In this document: positions 47,390 to 57,658 of the stretch, one piece after another
How positions within the stretch are numbered: position 1 is the first letter of the stretch
How the letters are laid out: each line of letters begins with the position of its first letter
DNA from: an uncultured Phycisphaerales bacterium
GTDB taxonomy: Bacteria > Planctomycetota > Phycisphaerae > Phycisphaerales > SM1A02
Assembly (NCBI GenBank): GCA_938084645.1
Contig: CALKEP010000022.1
Coordinates: forward strand, 76,176 to 140,175
DNA length: 64,000 nucleotides
Direction: 5' to 3'
Notes under the pieces: model-generated
The model's database searches: none
Seen by the model: only the letters and a program-made list of their open reading frames with translations
Told to the model about the DNA's origin: nothing
Made by a program: the position numbers and the translations under genes

Positions 47390-49828
47390 ATGCACCCGAT
47401 CGTCCTTCCGTTGCTTGCGTCGTTCCCGTTCGCACTCTCGTCGATTCCGGCCGATGCGATGCCCCAGGAGGAGCGAAGGATTCCGATCGACGAGGTCCAG
47501 TCCCGTCGTTGGATCGGCGCCGCGTGGCAGCCGAGTCGGCTTCAGGACTGGCGACTCGAAGACGGGCGATTGGTCAATGACGACAGTCGGTTGCCGGTTC
47601 GCACGGCCCACGTCCTGCCGCTTCGCATCGAACCCGACGGACCCGAGTCGTCGTTGGCGATTTCGGTGGACGTTCGTGCGGTGGGTGGCGGTCCCCTCGA
47701 CGCGGGTTCCTTCGCGGGACTGCTGTTCGGCGCCGGCGGGCCGGACGTCGACCCTCGACTGACGGCGCTGGTCCAGCAGGTGCCCGCGCCCGACGGCGGA
47801 ATGCTCGCCGTGGTCGCGGGCACGGCGACCGGGCGACTGCTCGACTTCTCCACGAAGAAGCAGGGCGGCTTCAGCTGGGCGCTGCCCGCGAAGACGACCC
47901 TCGAGGACCTCGAGGCCGTTCCGGAGGAACGGATCGAACTCCGCCAGACCGGCGTCGAGTTCCGCCGATTCACGCTCGATCTGCTCATCACGCCGCGAGA
48001 CGGCCGCTTCGACGTCGATCTGTCGGCGCGGGACGGCGACGCCATCTTCACGGTCGTCTCGGCCCGGGGACTGGAACGCGATCGAATCGACGGCGGGATC
48101 GCGCTCGTCGGCCATCGAAGCGCACGCAAGGACGGCATCGGCTGGTCGTTCGCGGATCTTCGCCTGCGTGGCGCCGAGCTCGACGCGTGGCTCGACGAGA
48201 CCGATCACTCCTGGGGTCCGGTGCTCGGCGTCACCTACACCCTCGATCGGAACGACGATGGCATCCACGCCCTGCGGCTCAACACCCTCTTCCCACCGGT
48301 GGCGGCGTCGGATCTCGGGGACGTGGCGCTCGAGTTCGAGACGCGGGACGGCATCTGGCGGCCGATCGCGACGGGTCGGCTCGTCGACGACAGCTTCACG
48401 GTGACGTTCGACGTCGACGACGTCGAGGAGTACCTCGGCCGGGAGTACCGGGTCCGCGGAGCGCTGAACGGTGCGCCCTTCGAGTGGAGAGGGGAGATCC
48501 ATGCGCCTCCCGTCGACCGTCCGCTCCGGATCGCGAGTCTGAACTGCGTGAAGAACGTCACGGCCCACTCCGCGTGGAATCGACAGGGGGTGTGGTTTCC
48601 GCACGACGAGTTGGTGGCCGGGGTCGCTGCGCAGGATCCCGACTTCCTCTTCTTCGCGGGTGACCAGATCTACGAAGGGGATCTGAACGGGGTCGACCGT
48701 CGCAAGATCATGCTCGACTACCACACCAAGTACCAGCGATGGCTGCGGAGTTTCGCGGAGCTGTGTCGCGATCGGCCCTGCGTCATCATTCCCGATGATC
48801 ACGACGTCTATCACGGCAACATCTGGGGCGCGGGTGGGGTGCTCGCGAAGGCGAAGGACGGTCTCACCGTCCAGGATTCGGGGGGATACAAGCTGCGGGC
48901 GGACGTCGTGAACGCGATCCACCGGACCCAGGTCGGGAATCTTCCGCCGTGCGTCGTGCCGGGGCCGATCGGGCAGGGCATCCAGCCCTACACCACGCGG
49001 GTGCGATTCGGGCCCGCCGACTTCGCGGTCGTCGCCGATCGAATGTGGAAGGATTCGGCGAGCGTCAAGCTCCCGGAAGCGAAGGTGCGCAACGGTTGGT
49101 TCCGGAACCCCGATTTCGATCCGAAGGACGCGGACGTCCCTGATGCGATGTTCCTCGGACCGACTCAGGAGGCCTTTCTCGCGGACTGGGCCGCGTCGCG
49201 CGACCCACGGAGCCCGCGGAAGATCGTGCTCTCCCAGACGCCGTGGGTGAACGTCGCGACCCTTCCCCCCGGACGCGACGATGGCGTCGTTCCGGGCCTG
49301 AAGATCCATGCCGCCGGCGAGTACGCGGAAGACGACGTCCCCGCCGCCGACACCGACTCCGGGGGCTGGCCCCAGTCGGCGCGGACCCGGGCGGTCCGTT
49401 CGCTGCAGGTCGCGGACGCGCTCCATCTCTGCGGCGACCAGCATCTCGGATCCCTGGTGCAATACGGTGTCGACGCCCATCGCGACGGAACGTTCGCATT
49501 CACGCCCCCCGCGGTCGCGAACACCTGGCCTCGGCGATGGATGCCGATCGACGAAGGTGCGAATCGATGGGAGGGCGCGCCTCGGTACGCGGGGGACTTC
49601 GAAGACGGCTTCGGGAATCTCATGACGGTCTTCGCGGTCACCAACCCGGAGGATCGGGGGATCGCGCCCCGGCGGCTCTACGATCTCTCTCCAGGATACG
49701 GCATGGTCGAGGTCGATCCGGTCGGCGGCGGGCTGGTCCTCGAAGCCTGGCCGCGATGGTCGGAGCCCGACGAGGACGATGCGGCCCAGTACCCGGGTTT
49801 TCCGTTCCGCATCTCCGGGAGGGAATGA
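47390..49828 (+). CDS. PhoD-like alkaline phosphatase/metallophosphoesterase
   Basis: FFAGDQIYE, PDDHDVY, ADR, FLGPTQ, CGDQH; signal peptide. Confidence 0.85.
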   Translation: MHPIVLPLLASFPFALSSIPADAMPQEERRIPIDEVQSRRWIGAAWQPSRLQDWRLEDGRLVNDDSRLPVRTAHVLPLRIEPDGPESSLAISVDVRAVGGGPLDAGSFAGLLFGAGGPDVDPRLTALVQQVPAPDGGMLAVVAGTATGRLLDFSTKKQGGFSWALPAKTTLEDLEAVPEERIELRQTGVEFRRFTLDLLITPRDGRFDVDLSARDGDAIFTVVSARGLERDRIDGGIALVGHRSARKDGIGWSFADLRLRGAELDAWLDETDHSWGPVLGVTYTLDRNDDGIHALRLNTLFPPVAASDLGDVALEFETRDGIWRPIATGRLVDDSFTVTFDVDDVEEYLGREYRVRGALNGAPFEWRGEIHAPPVDRPLRIASLNCVKNVTAHSAWNRQGVWFPHDELVAGVAAQDPDFLFFAGDQIYEGDLNGVDRRKIMLDYHTKYQRWLRSFAELCRDRPCVIIPDDHDVYHGNIWGAGGVLAKAKDGLTVQDSGGYKLRADVVNAIHRTQVGNLPPCVVPGPIGQGIQPYTTRVRFGPADFAVVADRMWKDSASVKLPEAKVRNGWFRNPDFDPKDADVPDAMFLGPTQEAFLADWAASRDPRSPRKIVLSQTPWVNVATLPPGRDDGVVPGLKIHAAGEYAEDDVPAADTDSGGWPQSARTRAVRSLQVADALHLCGDQHLGSLVQYGVDAHRDGTFAFTPPAVANTWPRRWMPIDEGANRWEGAPRYAGDFEDGFGNLMTVFAVTNPEDRGIAPRRLYDLSPGYGMVEVDPVGGGLVLEAWPRWSEPDEDDAAQYPGFPFRISGRE

Positions 49829-49844
49829 CCGGAGGCGGGCGTCG

Positions 49845-49867
49845 GGATCCTCCGGCGTGGAGGATCC
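49845..49867. terminator. Hairpin between convergent genes
   Basis: GGATCCTCC-ggcgt-GGAGGATCC. Confidence 0.45.
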
Positions 49868-49871
49868 GGGA

Positions 49872-50861
49872 CTACCCGGTCGACGTCGTCGAGTGCGCCC
49901 CGCGCAACTCCCGGTACGCATCCACGCAGTAGAGCGCCACCGCGATCCAGATCAGCCCGAAGGCCGCGAGTTTCATCGGGCTCACCGCTTCGCCGAAGAT
50001 CGTGACCGCGAGGATGAACTGGCAGGTCGGTGCGACGTACTGGAGGATGCCGATCGTCGCCAGCCGAAGTCGACGCGCGGCGGCGGCGAAGGCGATCAGG
50101 GGAAGCACGGTGACGAAGCCGCCGACGAGGAGAAGCACGTCGGTGCTCCAGTCGGTGGTGGTGAAGCTCGAGACGCCGCGTGCGGCCAGCACGAGCTGGA
50201 GCGCGAGCATGACCGGGAAGAGCAGGAGCATCTCGATGGTGAGGCCGGTGACCGAATCGGCCTGCATCTTCTTCCGAAGCAGGCCGTAGCACCCGAACGA
50301 CACGGGGAGCACGAGGGAGATCCAGGGAAGTTCGACGAGGCCGGAGAGGGAGAACGCCCGATCGGGATCGATGGCCATGGAGGAGGTCGATATCGCCGAC
50401 CATCCGAAGAGCACCACACCGACCACCGCGATCCAGATCGCCTTCCGTTGCAGCGGGTGCAGTCGCTCGCCGAGCACGATGCGGCCGAGCAGCACCGAGA
50501 CGAGGGGATTGATGTAGTAGCCGAGGCTCGCTTCGACGAGGCGATCGCTGACCACCGCGTAGATGAAGGTGAACCAGTTCAGGGAGATCAGGATCGTGGA
50601 AAGGAAGAGGATCCTGAACGCTTTCGGCGTCGTGATCGCCGCTCGGATCCTTCCGATCCCCGGGGGCAGGGAGACGAGCACCAGCATCACCGGAAGGCCG
50701 GCGAGCACTCGCCACGTCAGCAGTTCGAAGGCGTCGACGTGATTGAGGAGCTTGAAGTAGATCCCGGTCGCGAAGCCCCAGAACAGATACGCGATCATGG
50801 CTTCGGCGACGCCGATGCGCTGGCTTCTGGAGATGTCGGACGGAGTCGAGTGCGGCGTCAT
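49872..50861 (-). CDS. rarD: EamA-family transporter RarD
   Basis: AYLFWG, LISLNW, EASLGYYINPL, YGLLRK, GILQYVAPT. Confidence 0.93.
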   Translation of the reverse strand: MTPHSTPSDISRSQRIGVAEAMIAYLFWGFATGIYFKLLNHVDAFELLTWRVLAGLPVMLVLVSLPPGIGRIRAAITTPKAFRILFLSTILISLNWFTFIYAVVSDRLVEASLGYYINPLVSVLLGRIVLGERLHPLQRKAIWIAVVGVVLFGWSAISTSSMAIDPDRAFSLSGLVELPWISLVLPVSFGCYGLLRKKMQADSVTGLTIEMLLLFPVMLALQLVLAARGVSSFTTTDWSTDVLLLVGGFVTVLPLIAFAAAARRLRLATIGILQYVAPTCQFILAVTIFGEAVSPMKLAAFGLIWIAVALYCVDAYRELRGAHSTTSTG

Positions 50862-50886
50862 GATGGATCGCGGATCGATTCGATGG

Positions 50887-52368
50887 TCAGCCGCCGATGG
50901 TGATGTCGATCAGGGTTCGGTCGAGGGCCGCGCGAAGTCCGGGCGTCATCGCAACTCCCGGGTGGGCTCGCTCGATTCCACGTGCGATCGCCACCAGCGC
51001 CTCGACCTGCGAGGCGGGCGACTTCAGACGGGGCGTGGCCTCGAGAAGAGCCGCCCAGTCGTCCATCGGTCGATCCGCGAGGGCCATCGCATCGCTCAGC
51101 ATGCCGATTCGATCCTCGTACCACCCGTCCCCGCCCCGCCGAGTCGTCAACCCGTTGGGGTTGAGGAGCTCGAGGGCGAGTGCCTCGCGGCCGTCCTCGA
51201 GCATCGCGGCGAGAATCCGGACGATCCGTTCGCGGATCGTCGCATCCCGTTCGATCATGGCGACCCATTGCATCGGACGGACGATGCGGAGGCTGCGGGC
51301 CTCGGCCATCGGTGGTGTCCGATCCAGCGGGTCGGCGACGGCAGGATCTTCGAGCACCAGCCCGGCCATGAGCCTGGTGTCGCCTCGGCCGATTCGTTCG
51401 CTGATCTCGCGGGCCCGGTCCCGGTTCCCACTCAGGAACGCCGCATGGGCCATGGCCGCTCGGATCTCGCCGCTCGATGCGGAGGGGAATCGATCGAGGA
51501 GTTCCGTCCCGCCGACGAGTTCGAGCACGTCGTCGATGCGTCCGGCTCGGGCGAGCCCGGTGGCGGCCGCCGCCCGAATGCCGGTCCGAGCGAGGACCAT
51601 CGGGTGTCGTTCGATCAGCGTGAGCAGGGCGTCGTCCGCGTTCCGGTCCGCGAGTTCGACCAGCAGCGCGGTTCGGTACGCGTCGGTGGTGGCGTTCGAA
51701 TTCGCCGGGGGTTCCGGCGATCCGAAATCGAGGATTCGCGCGTCGACGTCCGGACAGCGACCGGTCGAGAGCACCGCGGCGCCGATGGCCGGACGGGCGG
51801 CGAGGTCCGCGGCGTCGAAGATGGCGCCGAGTTCCCGGCAATCCCCGAAGGCCGCGATGAAGTCGATGATCGGGGCACGCGTGGGGCCGAGGCGAAACGT
51901 GCAGTCGAGATCCCGGCCCGAGGGGAGGTCGGGTGGTGGCTGGAAAAGCAGGCCCGCCAGGGACCACTGGAGTTCACCACGCCCGTCGACTCCGGCGGGG
52001 ATCGCCTCGAGCGCCTCGAGGACCGTCGGTTCGAGCATGCCGCCACGAAGCAGCTCGGCTTCGAACCGGGCGTCGAGATAGGCCGCGATCCGCTCCCGCG
52101 ATTCCAGCGACTCGAAACGCGTCGCGAATCCCGGCCCCGGCCGAATCGAGTCGAGCCAACCGGTGGCGGCGGCCCGCATCCGCGGACTCGCGGTGGAGGT
52201 CTGCAGAAGCTCTCGGCCCGTCCGCGCGAAGACTTCGATCGCGGGAGGCGGGGTGCGGTCCGGCGCCGTGGTCAGCGTGGCCGGGGCCGCGGCCTCCTGG
52301 TCGGGCACCTCGACGCCGAACGCGGCGCCGGTGGCCAGGATGAGCGAAGCAGTGATCGAGAGGTGCAT
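50887..52368 (-). CDS. Hypothetical secreted alpha-helical protein
   Basis: Signal peptide; TACAAT upstream; no family recognised. Confidence 0.65.
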   Translation of the reverse strand: MHLSITASLILATGAAFGVEVPDQEAAAPATLTTAPDRTPPPAIEVFARTGRELLQTSTASPRMRAAATGWLDSIRPGPGFATRFESLESRERIAAYLDARFEAELLRGGMLEPTVLEALEAIPAGVDGRGELQWSLAGLLFQPPPDLPSGRDLDCTFRLGPTRAPIIDFIAAFGDCRELGAIFDAADLAARPAIGAAVLSTGRCPDVDARILDFGSPEPPANSNATTDAYRTALLVELADRNADDALLTLIERHPMVLARTGIRAAAATGLARAGRIDDVLELVGGTELLDRFPSASSGEIRAAMAHAAFLSGNRDRAREISERIGRGDTRLMAGLVLEDPAVADPLDRTPPMAEARSLRIVRPMQWVAMIERDATIRERIVRILAAMLEDGREALALELLNPNGLTTRRGGDGWYEDRIGMLSDAMALADRPMDDWAALLEATPRLKSPASQVEALVAIARGIERAHPGVAMTPGLRAALDRTLIDITIGG

Positions 52369-52539
52369 GAACGGCCATTGTATTCAACCCCTTCGGCCGT
52401 GGCAGGCATCCGCTCGCCCGATCCAAACCTGAAATCCCGGGAATTGTTCGGTCAGTGTTTGGGATCCGGTCCGTCCTCCCTTTGGTGGTGGCCGACCTCG
52501 GGCCACCCGTCCGAGATCGTCGTCTCTTAGGAGCTCAGC

Positions 52540-53166
52540 ATGGTCCTCGCCGCCAGACACCGGATGTTCCCCGCCCTTGCCTCGTGTGATTCGGAACTCG
52601 ACGGAAACGTCGACGGGTTCGTGACGGATGATGGTGACGTGATGGCCCCGACGAGTCTCGCCACCCATCGCGTGGCCGACGTCTCGGATCGTGGTGTCGT
52701 CTTCGTCGAAGCGCTCGCGGGGATGGATGCCAGGCTTCGATCGCTCCAGCGGCGAATCGTCTCGGCGGTCGTCCGCGGTGAGCCGATGCCGACCGCCTGC
52801 GAGACGCTGCCGGAGATCGATCACCTCGTGGCTCGGATCGAAGCCGAATGGAATGAGACCATGCGGGATGGAAGCCGTCGCGACCCGGATCCTGAACAGT
52901 GGTCGCGTTGTCTGCTGGCCGCGACCGAGTCATGCTTCACCGCGTGGTGTTTCGACTGTCTCTGCGAGCTTTCCGGTGGCGGTCTGGTCCGGATCGATGC
53001 TGACGGTGGCGGGTCCGGCGAGGCATGGATCGCCGATGAGCCCGTCTTGCTTGCCGAGGATCTCGCAACCGCCCTCGATGGTGACCGAATCGATCTGGTG
53101 GCGGACCCGCTTCGCCGCCCGGAGATCGGTCTCTTCGAGCCGCCGCGGGTTCTTCAGGCATCCTGA
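52540..53166 (+). CDS. Hypothetical protein
   Basis: AGGAG SD; 208-aa ORF with a Cys cluster (CFTAWCFDCLC). Confidence 0.6.
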   Translation: MVLAARHRMFPALASCDSELDGNVDGFVTDDGDVMAPTSLATHRVADVSDRGVVFVEALAGMDARLRSLQRRIVSAVVRGEPMPTACETLPEIDHLVARIEAEWNETMRDGSRRDPDPEQWSRCLLAATESCFTAWCFDCLCELSGGGLVRIDADGGGSGEAWIADEPVLLAEDLATALDGDRIDLVADPLRRPEIGLFEPPRVLQAS

Positions 53167-53392
53167 GGGCGTCGGGCCTGGTGTTCGCCGTGCCTCTCGG
53201 GTGTGACCGGCTCATGTCTCGAAGACCTCGCTCGCCGGTCCGGAGGAACGGGATTCAGGGCTGAAGCATGTTCATAAACCGCCGGTCCCCAAGGGCCTCG
53301 GCGTGCGAGTCGCTTCGTTTCGTACACTCGTCGTCGTGCTTCGACCCACCCCCTGACCGGAGGCCAGTATGCGCAAGCGACGAAACGGCACC

Positions 53393-54487
53393 ATGAAATC
53401 TGCGAAATCGGACCGACGACCCCGGGGAACCGGTGGGGCCCGGATCGTGATGATCTCGTTGGCCCTCGGCATCTCCGGAGCGGTGCAGGGGCAGGTCGAG
53501 GAAGCGCCTTCCGAGCCTCCGTCGCTCCCGGGTCTCGAGGCCATGCAGGGGCTCGACCGGTTCGTCGGCCAGTGGGCGATGGAAGGCATCACGGACGAGG
53601 GGCGGGCCTCGATGCCGGGTGGCGTCGAATTCACCGCGAAGCAGTCCGTATGGTGGGTCGAACCGGGTCGCTCGCTCGCGGTGGAGTGGAACGTCCGATT
53701 GACCGATGGCGCCGAGGTTTCGAGCGGTCGTGGACGCATCACCTACGACGAGGCCGCCGGGGCCGTGCTCAACATCTACTCCGGCCGCGACCGTGGTCGG
53801 CCCTTCACCGGGAGCGCGACCCTGATCGGTTTCGATGGCTCGGCGCTCGACTGGCGCGGGCACGAGACGTCGGGGACCGGCGCCTCCGTCAATTACGAAG
53901 TCACCTATCAGTCGGCCGATCGCGATTCCTGGATCGTCGACTTCATTCCGACCTGCATCGACGGAAGTGGCGGTCCACAGCCGGGCCGTTTCATCTGGAG
54001 TCGGACGAACCCGTTCATCGAGCGTCTGGAGATGGCGCCCGGGCTGATCGGAATCTGGGATGGCACCTGGCAGGACGCGATGGGAAGCACCGTGCTGTCC
54101 ACGCTCGAGATCACCGCCGGTCCCGGCGAGCGATCGCTTCGACTTCGCAAGACCGACGAGGTCGATGGCGTGGTGCGGGTGGTCGGTGACGAGATCATCT
54201 GGTTCGACGCGGGTTCGGAGCGAATTCGAAGTCGATTCCTGGGGGCGGACGGACTGGTCACCGGTGGGGTGGTGACCCTCGAGGAGTCGCTCGACGGACG
54301 GTCGCATCTTCGTTGCGCCTGGTCTGGCACGGACGAGTCCGGCCGACCACGGAGCGGGATCGCGAAGCTCGAACTCGTCGATGACCTGCTCTCGATCGGG
54401 TACGAAGCACTGGAAATCGACGGTCGGGCGCTCGACATGACGGAACGCGGTGCGCTGGAGCGTCAGTACGATCGACGTGTTCGGTAG
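53393..54487 (+). CDS. Secreted protein with two tandem beta-barrel (DUF1579/lipocalin-like) units
   Basis: FVGQW...ITYD and LIGIW...IWFD repeats; signal peptide. Confidence 0.7.
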   Translation: MKSAKSDRRPRGTGGARIVMISLALGISGAVQGQVEEAPSEPPSLPGLEAMQGLDRFVGQWAMEGITDEGRASMPGGVEFTAKQSVWWVEPGRSLAVEWNVRLTDGAEVSSGRGRITYDEAAGAVLNIYSGRDRGRPFTGSATLIGFDGSALDWRGHETSGTGASVNYEVTYQSADRDSWIVDFIPTCIDGSGGPQPGRFIWSRTNPFIERLEMAPGLIGIWDGTWQDAMGSTVLSTLEITAGPGERSLRLRKTDEVDGVVRVVGDEIIWFDAGSERIRSRFLGADGLVTGGVVTLEESLDGRSHLRCAWSGTDESGRPRSGIAKLELVDDLLSIGYEALEIDGRALDMTERGALERQYDRRVR

Positions 54488-54564
54488 AATCGCCGAGGTC
54501 GTGGGTGATGCGACGGGTGAAATCGATCCCGATCGATTCCCAGTGAGCATGTGCAGGAGGTGTC

Positions 54565-55140
54565 ATGACTGAAGATGCGCCCGTGAACTGGTGGTATCGA
54601 TCGCCGACCGGCGAGGTGTACGGGCCGTACGACCGCGACGAGGTCGACCGTTACGTACGCGATGGTCGGATCGAAGCGGCCGGTTTCCTTCGGGAGGGCC
54701 CGGAATCCGAGCCTTGGAACACCGCCGAATCGGTCGTCGGTGAACTTCGCGAAACGGCATCCGACGCGGCTCCGCCTCTGGTGGATGCCGCGATGGGCGA
54801 CACGGGTTTCGATCCATCGGTCCCGCCTTTGACACCACCCGTACCGACGAACGCGACTTCATCGACCAGCCGGGTCGCCTACATCCTGCTCGGGATTCTT
54901 CCCGGCGTGACGCTCTCGGTCTTCGGCGTGCACAATCTCGTCGCCGGGTACACGGCTCGTGGTGTGACCCAGCTCACGCTGAGTCTGGTGTTCATCTGGG
55001 GCATGGCCTGCATCGGTGCCGTGGTCGGTTTCACCATCTGCATCTCCTTCCTCGTGTACCTCGGGCTGTTGATCTGGACGATCGTCGAAGTCTGCACCGT
55101 CGAGGTCGACGGGCAGGGGCGGCGATTCAAGGCCAGTTGA
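54565..55140 (+). CDS. GYF_2 (DUF4339) plus TM2-domain membrane protein
   Basis: WWY...YGPY...W; SRVAYILLGI...FGVHNLVAGYTARG; AGGAGG SD. Confidence 0.85.
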   Translation: MTEDAPVNWWYRSPTGEVYGPYDRDEVDRYVRDGRIEAAGFLREGPESEPWNTAESVVGELRETASDAAPPLVDAAMGDTGFDPSVPPLTPPVPTNATSSTSRVAYILLGILPGVTLSVFGVHNLVAGYTARGVTQLTLSLVFIWGMACIGAVVGFTICISFLVYLGLLIWTIVEVCTVEVDGQGRRFKAS

Positions 55141-55176
55141 ACGACTTGGTTCGACCGCTTTCGACTCGTGGAGTGA

Positions 55177-56334
55177 ATGATGTCGCTGTTGCCGATCCTG
55201 AATGCGCTGGCCGCCATCTCGTGTCTCTCGGTGGCCACACCGTGGAACACCGGCGTTCCGCCGGTGCCGGACCTCGTCGCGATTCCCGGTGGTGAATTCA
55301 TGATGGGGGGGATCGGTCCCGAGGCCCGACCGGACGAGTTTCCGCGTCACCGGGTCCGGGTCGACGCCTTCGGCATCGGGCGTCGGGAGGTGACCAACGC
55401 CGAATACGCCGCATTCGTCGCCGCGACCGGGTACCGCACCATCGCGGAACGCCCGGTGGAGTGGGCGGAGCTCAAGAAGCAGCTTCCGCCGGACACCCCG
55501 AAGCCGTCGGATGAACTGCTCCAGCCGGGCTCGCTGGTGTTCACTGGTACCGACCGACCGGTGTCGATGGACGATTTTTCGCAGTGGTGGGCCTGGACCC
55601 GGGGCGCCGACTGGCGTCATCCGGAAGGTCCCGGTTCATCGATCGAGGACCGAATGGACCATCCCGTCGTGCATGTCGCGTTCGAAGATGCGATCGCCTA
55701 CTGCGACTGGGTCGGTGGCCGACTCCCGACCGAATCGGAATGGGAGTTCGCCGCTCGGGGGGGTCTGGAGAACCAGCCCTTCATCTGGGGCGATGCCCAG
55801 ATCGACGAGACACGGGCCAACACCTGGAACGGTCGATTCCCCGATCTGAACACCCTGGCCGACGGCTACGCGCGGACGGCGCCGGTGGGGCGGTTTCCGC
55901 CGAATGGCTACGGGCTGCTCGACATGGGTGGAAACGTCTGGGAGTGGTGTGCGGATCGATACCGCGCCGACGAGTACCGCCGTCGTGTCGAGGACGTGGG
56001 GCCGGACGGGGTGGTGGTGAATCCCACCGGACCGGCGGATGCTCGAGACCCGCGAAATCCATTCTCGCCGGTCAGTCGCGTGCAGCGTGGTGGATCATTT
56101 CTCTGCAACCCGAGCTACTGCTCGAGCTATCGCCCCAGCGCCCGCATGGCGACGACGCCCGACTCCGGCGCGAGTCACGTCGGGTTCCGCGTCGCGATGA
56201 CGACGGAGCAGTGGAAGGCCGCCCGCGACCGCGCCGCGGAATCCCGCGACGCCACCGATTCCCCGATCGCGGAGACCGGGGCGGCTCCGGCCGCGGTCAA
56301 GGGTTCCGAGACCTCGGAACCCGTCGACGACTGA
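55177..56334 (+). CDS. Formylglycine-generating enzyme (SUMF1)
   Basis: EVTNAEY, RLPTESEWEFAARGG, GNVWEW, RGGSFLCNPSYCSSYRPSAR (two catalytic Cys). Confidence 0.93.
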   Translation: MMSLLPILNALAAISCLSVATPWNTGVPPVPDLVAIPGGEFMMGGIGPEARPDEFPRHRVRVDAFGIGRREVTNAEYAAFVAATGYRTIAERPVEWAELKKQLPPDTPKPSDELLQPGSLVFTGTDRPVSMDDFSQWWAWTRGADWRHPEGPGSSIEDRMDHPVVHVAFEDAIAYCDWVGGRLPTESEWEFAARGGLENQPFIWGDAQIDETRANTWNGRFPDLNTLADGYARTAPVGRFPPNGYGLLDMGGNVWEWCADRYRADEYRRRVEDVGPDGVVVNPTGPADARDPRNPFSPVSRVQRGGSFLCNPSYCSSYRPSARMATTPDSGASHVGFRVAMTTEQWKAARDRAAESRDATDSPIAETGAAPAAVKGSETSEPVDD

Positions 56335-56349
56335 GCATGATCCTCCGGC

Positions 56350-57495
56350 TCAACCGTTGCGCGTCGCGAAGTCCTTCATGAACTCCGCGAGGATCTCGGC
56401 GCCGCGGACCGGGAACGCGTTGTACATCGACGCCCGCATGCCACCGACGCCGGCGAGTCCGGCGAGATTCTCGAGTCCGGCGGCCTTCGCCTCGGTCAGG
56501 AACCGGGCATCGAGATCGGAAGACCCCGTCTGGAACGTCACGTTCAGTCCGCTTCGGGCCGGGCGGGATGCACGGCTCCGATAGAAGCCGTCGTGCTCGT
56601 CCACGATGTTCCAGATCATCGAGGACTTCTGGCGATTCCGCTCGGCGATCGCTTCGGGACCGCCCTGGGCCTCGGTCCACTCCGCCATCAATCCGATCAC
56701 TCGGACCGCGAACGTGGGCGGGGTGTTGAGGATCGACTGGGCGTGTTCGTGGTCCGCGAATCGAAGGATCGGTCCGATCGACTTCGAGCCACGTTCGATG
56801 AAATCCCGCTTCGCCACGATGACCGAGCAACCCGCGGCACCGAGGTTCTTCTGGCCGGCGGCGATCGTCATCGCGTGGTCGGCGAAGGGCCAGGGCCGTG
56901 AGAAGATGTCGCTGGTCAGGTCACCGATCAAGGGAAGATCGCTTCGTGGCGGCTCGGTGAACCAGGTGCCCTCGCCGGTGTTGTTCGCGCAGTAGAAGAG
57001 GTACGCCGCATCCGAAGGGGCGTCGATGTCGGTCCCGGCCTTCGTCGGGTCCGGGCAGGAGAAACCATCGCCGCCGCGGCCGTTGAAGCCGACGTGAACG
57101 TTGCCCACGGGTTTCGCTTCCTCGATCGCCTTCTGCGCCCAGACGCTGGTGTCGAGATAGACCCCGGTGCCGCCCTCCGAAAGGAAGTTGAGGGCGAGGA
57201 ACGCGAAGTTCACGGTGGCGCCGCCGGGCATGAAGATCACCGCATGCTCGTCGCCGACGCCGGTGAGTCGCCGAATGACGGCTTCCGCCTCGGCGGAGGC
57301 GTCCATGTAGGCCGGCCCACGGTGTGAATGTTCGATGAGTCCGATGCCGGTCTCGCCGAGATCGAGCAGTTCCTCGCGGATCTGGTCGATGACCTCGATC
57401 GGCATGTGGGAGGGACCCGCCGAGAAGTTGTAGACCCCGTGTCGGGGCGTGGCGGGAGGCGTGGTGAAGGCGGCATGGATCGGTGAGCTGGACAT
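56350..57495 (-). CDS. serC: Phosphoserine aminotransferase
   Basis: YNFSAGP, SHRG, GGAT, QKNLG, NTPPTF, GGMRASMYNA. Confidence 0.95.
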   Translation of the reverse strand: MSSSPIHAAFTTPPATPRHGVYNFSAGPSHMPIEVIDQIREELLDLGETGIGLIEHSHRGPAYMDASAEAEAVIRRLTGVGDEHAVIFMPGGATVNFAFLALNFLSEGGTGVYLDTSVWAQKAIEEAKPVGNVHVGFNGRGGDGFSCPDPTKAGTDIDAPSDAAYLFYCANNTGEGTWFTEPPRSDLPLIGDLTSDIFSRPWPFADHAMTIAAGQKNLGAAGCSVIVAKRDFIERGSKSIGPILRFADHEHAQSILNTPPTFAVRVIGLMAEWTEAQGGPEAIAERNRQKSSMIWNIVDEHDGFYRSRASRPARSGLNVTFQTGSSDLDARFLTEAKAAGLENLAGLAGVGGMRASMYNAFPVRGAEILAEFMKDFATRNG

Positions 57496-57658
57496 GGGGG
57501 AAGCGTATGCGGGATTCCAGCGGGGGTCGATCGAAGTGCGCCGGATCGAGCCCGGACCGGCCGGTCGTGAAACGGCCCGGCCGCGGGTACCGTCCACCTG
57601 GCGTTCGAACGAATGTTCGATTCCTCGGGACCCTGGACCCTCTCTCCGGAGCATGCAC

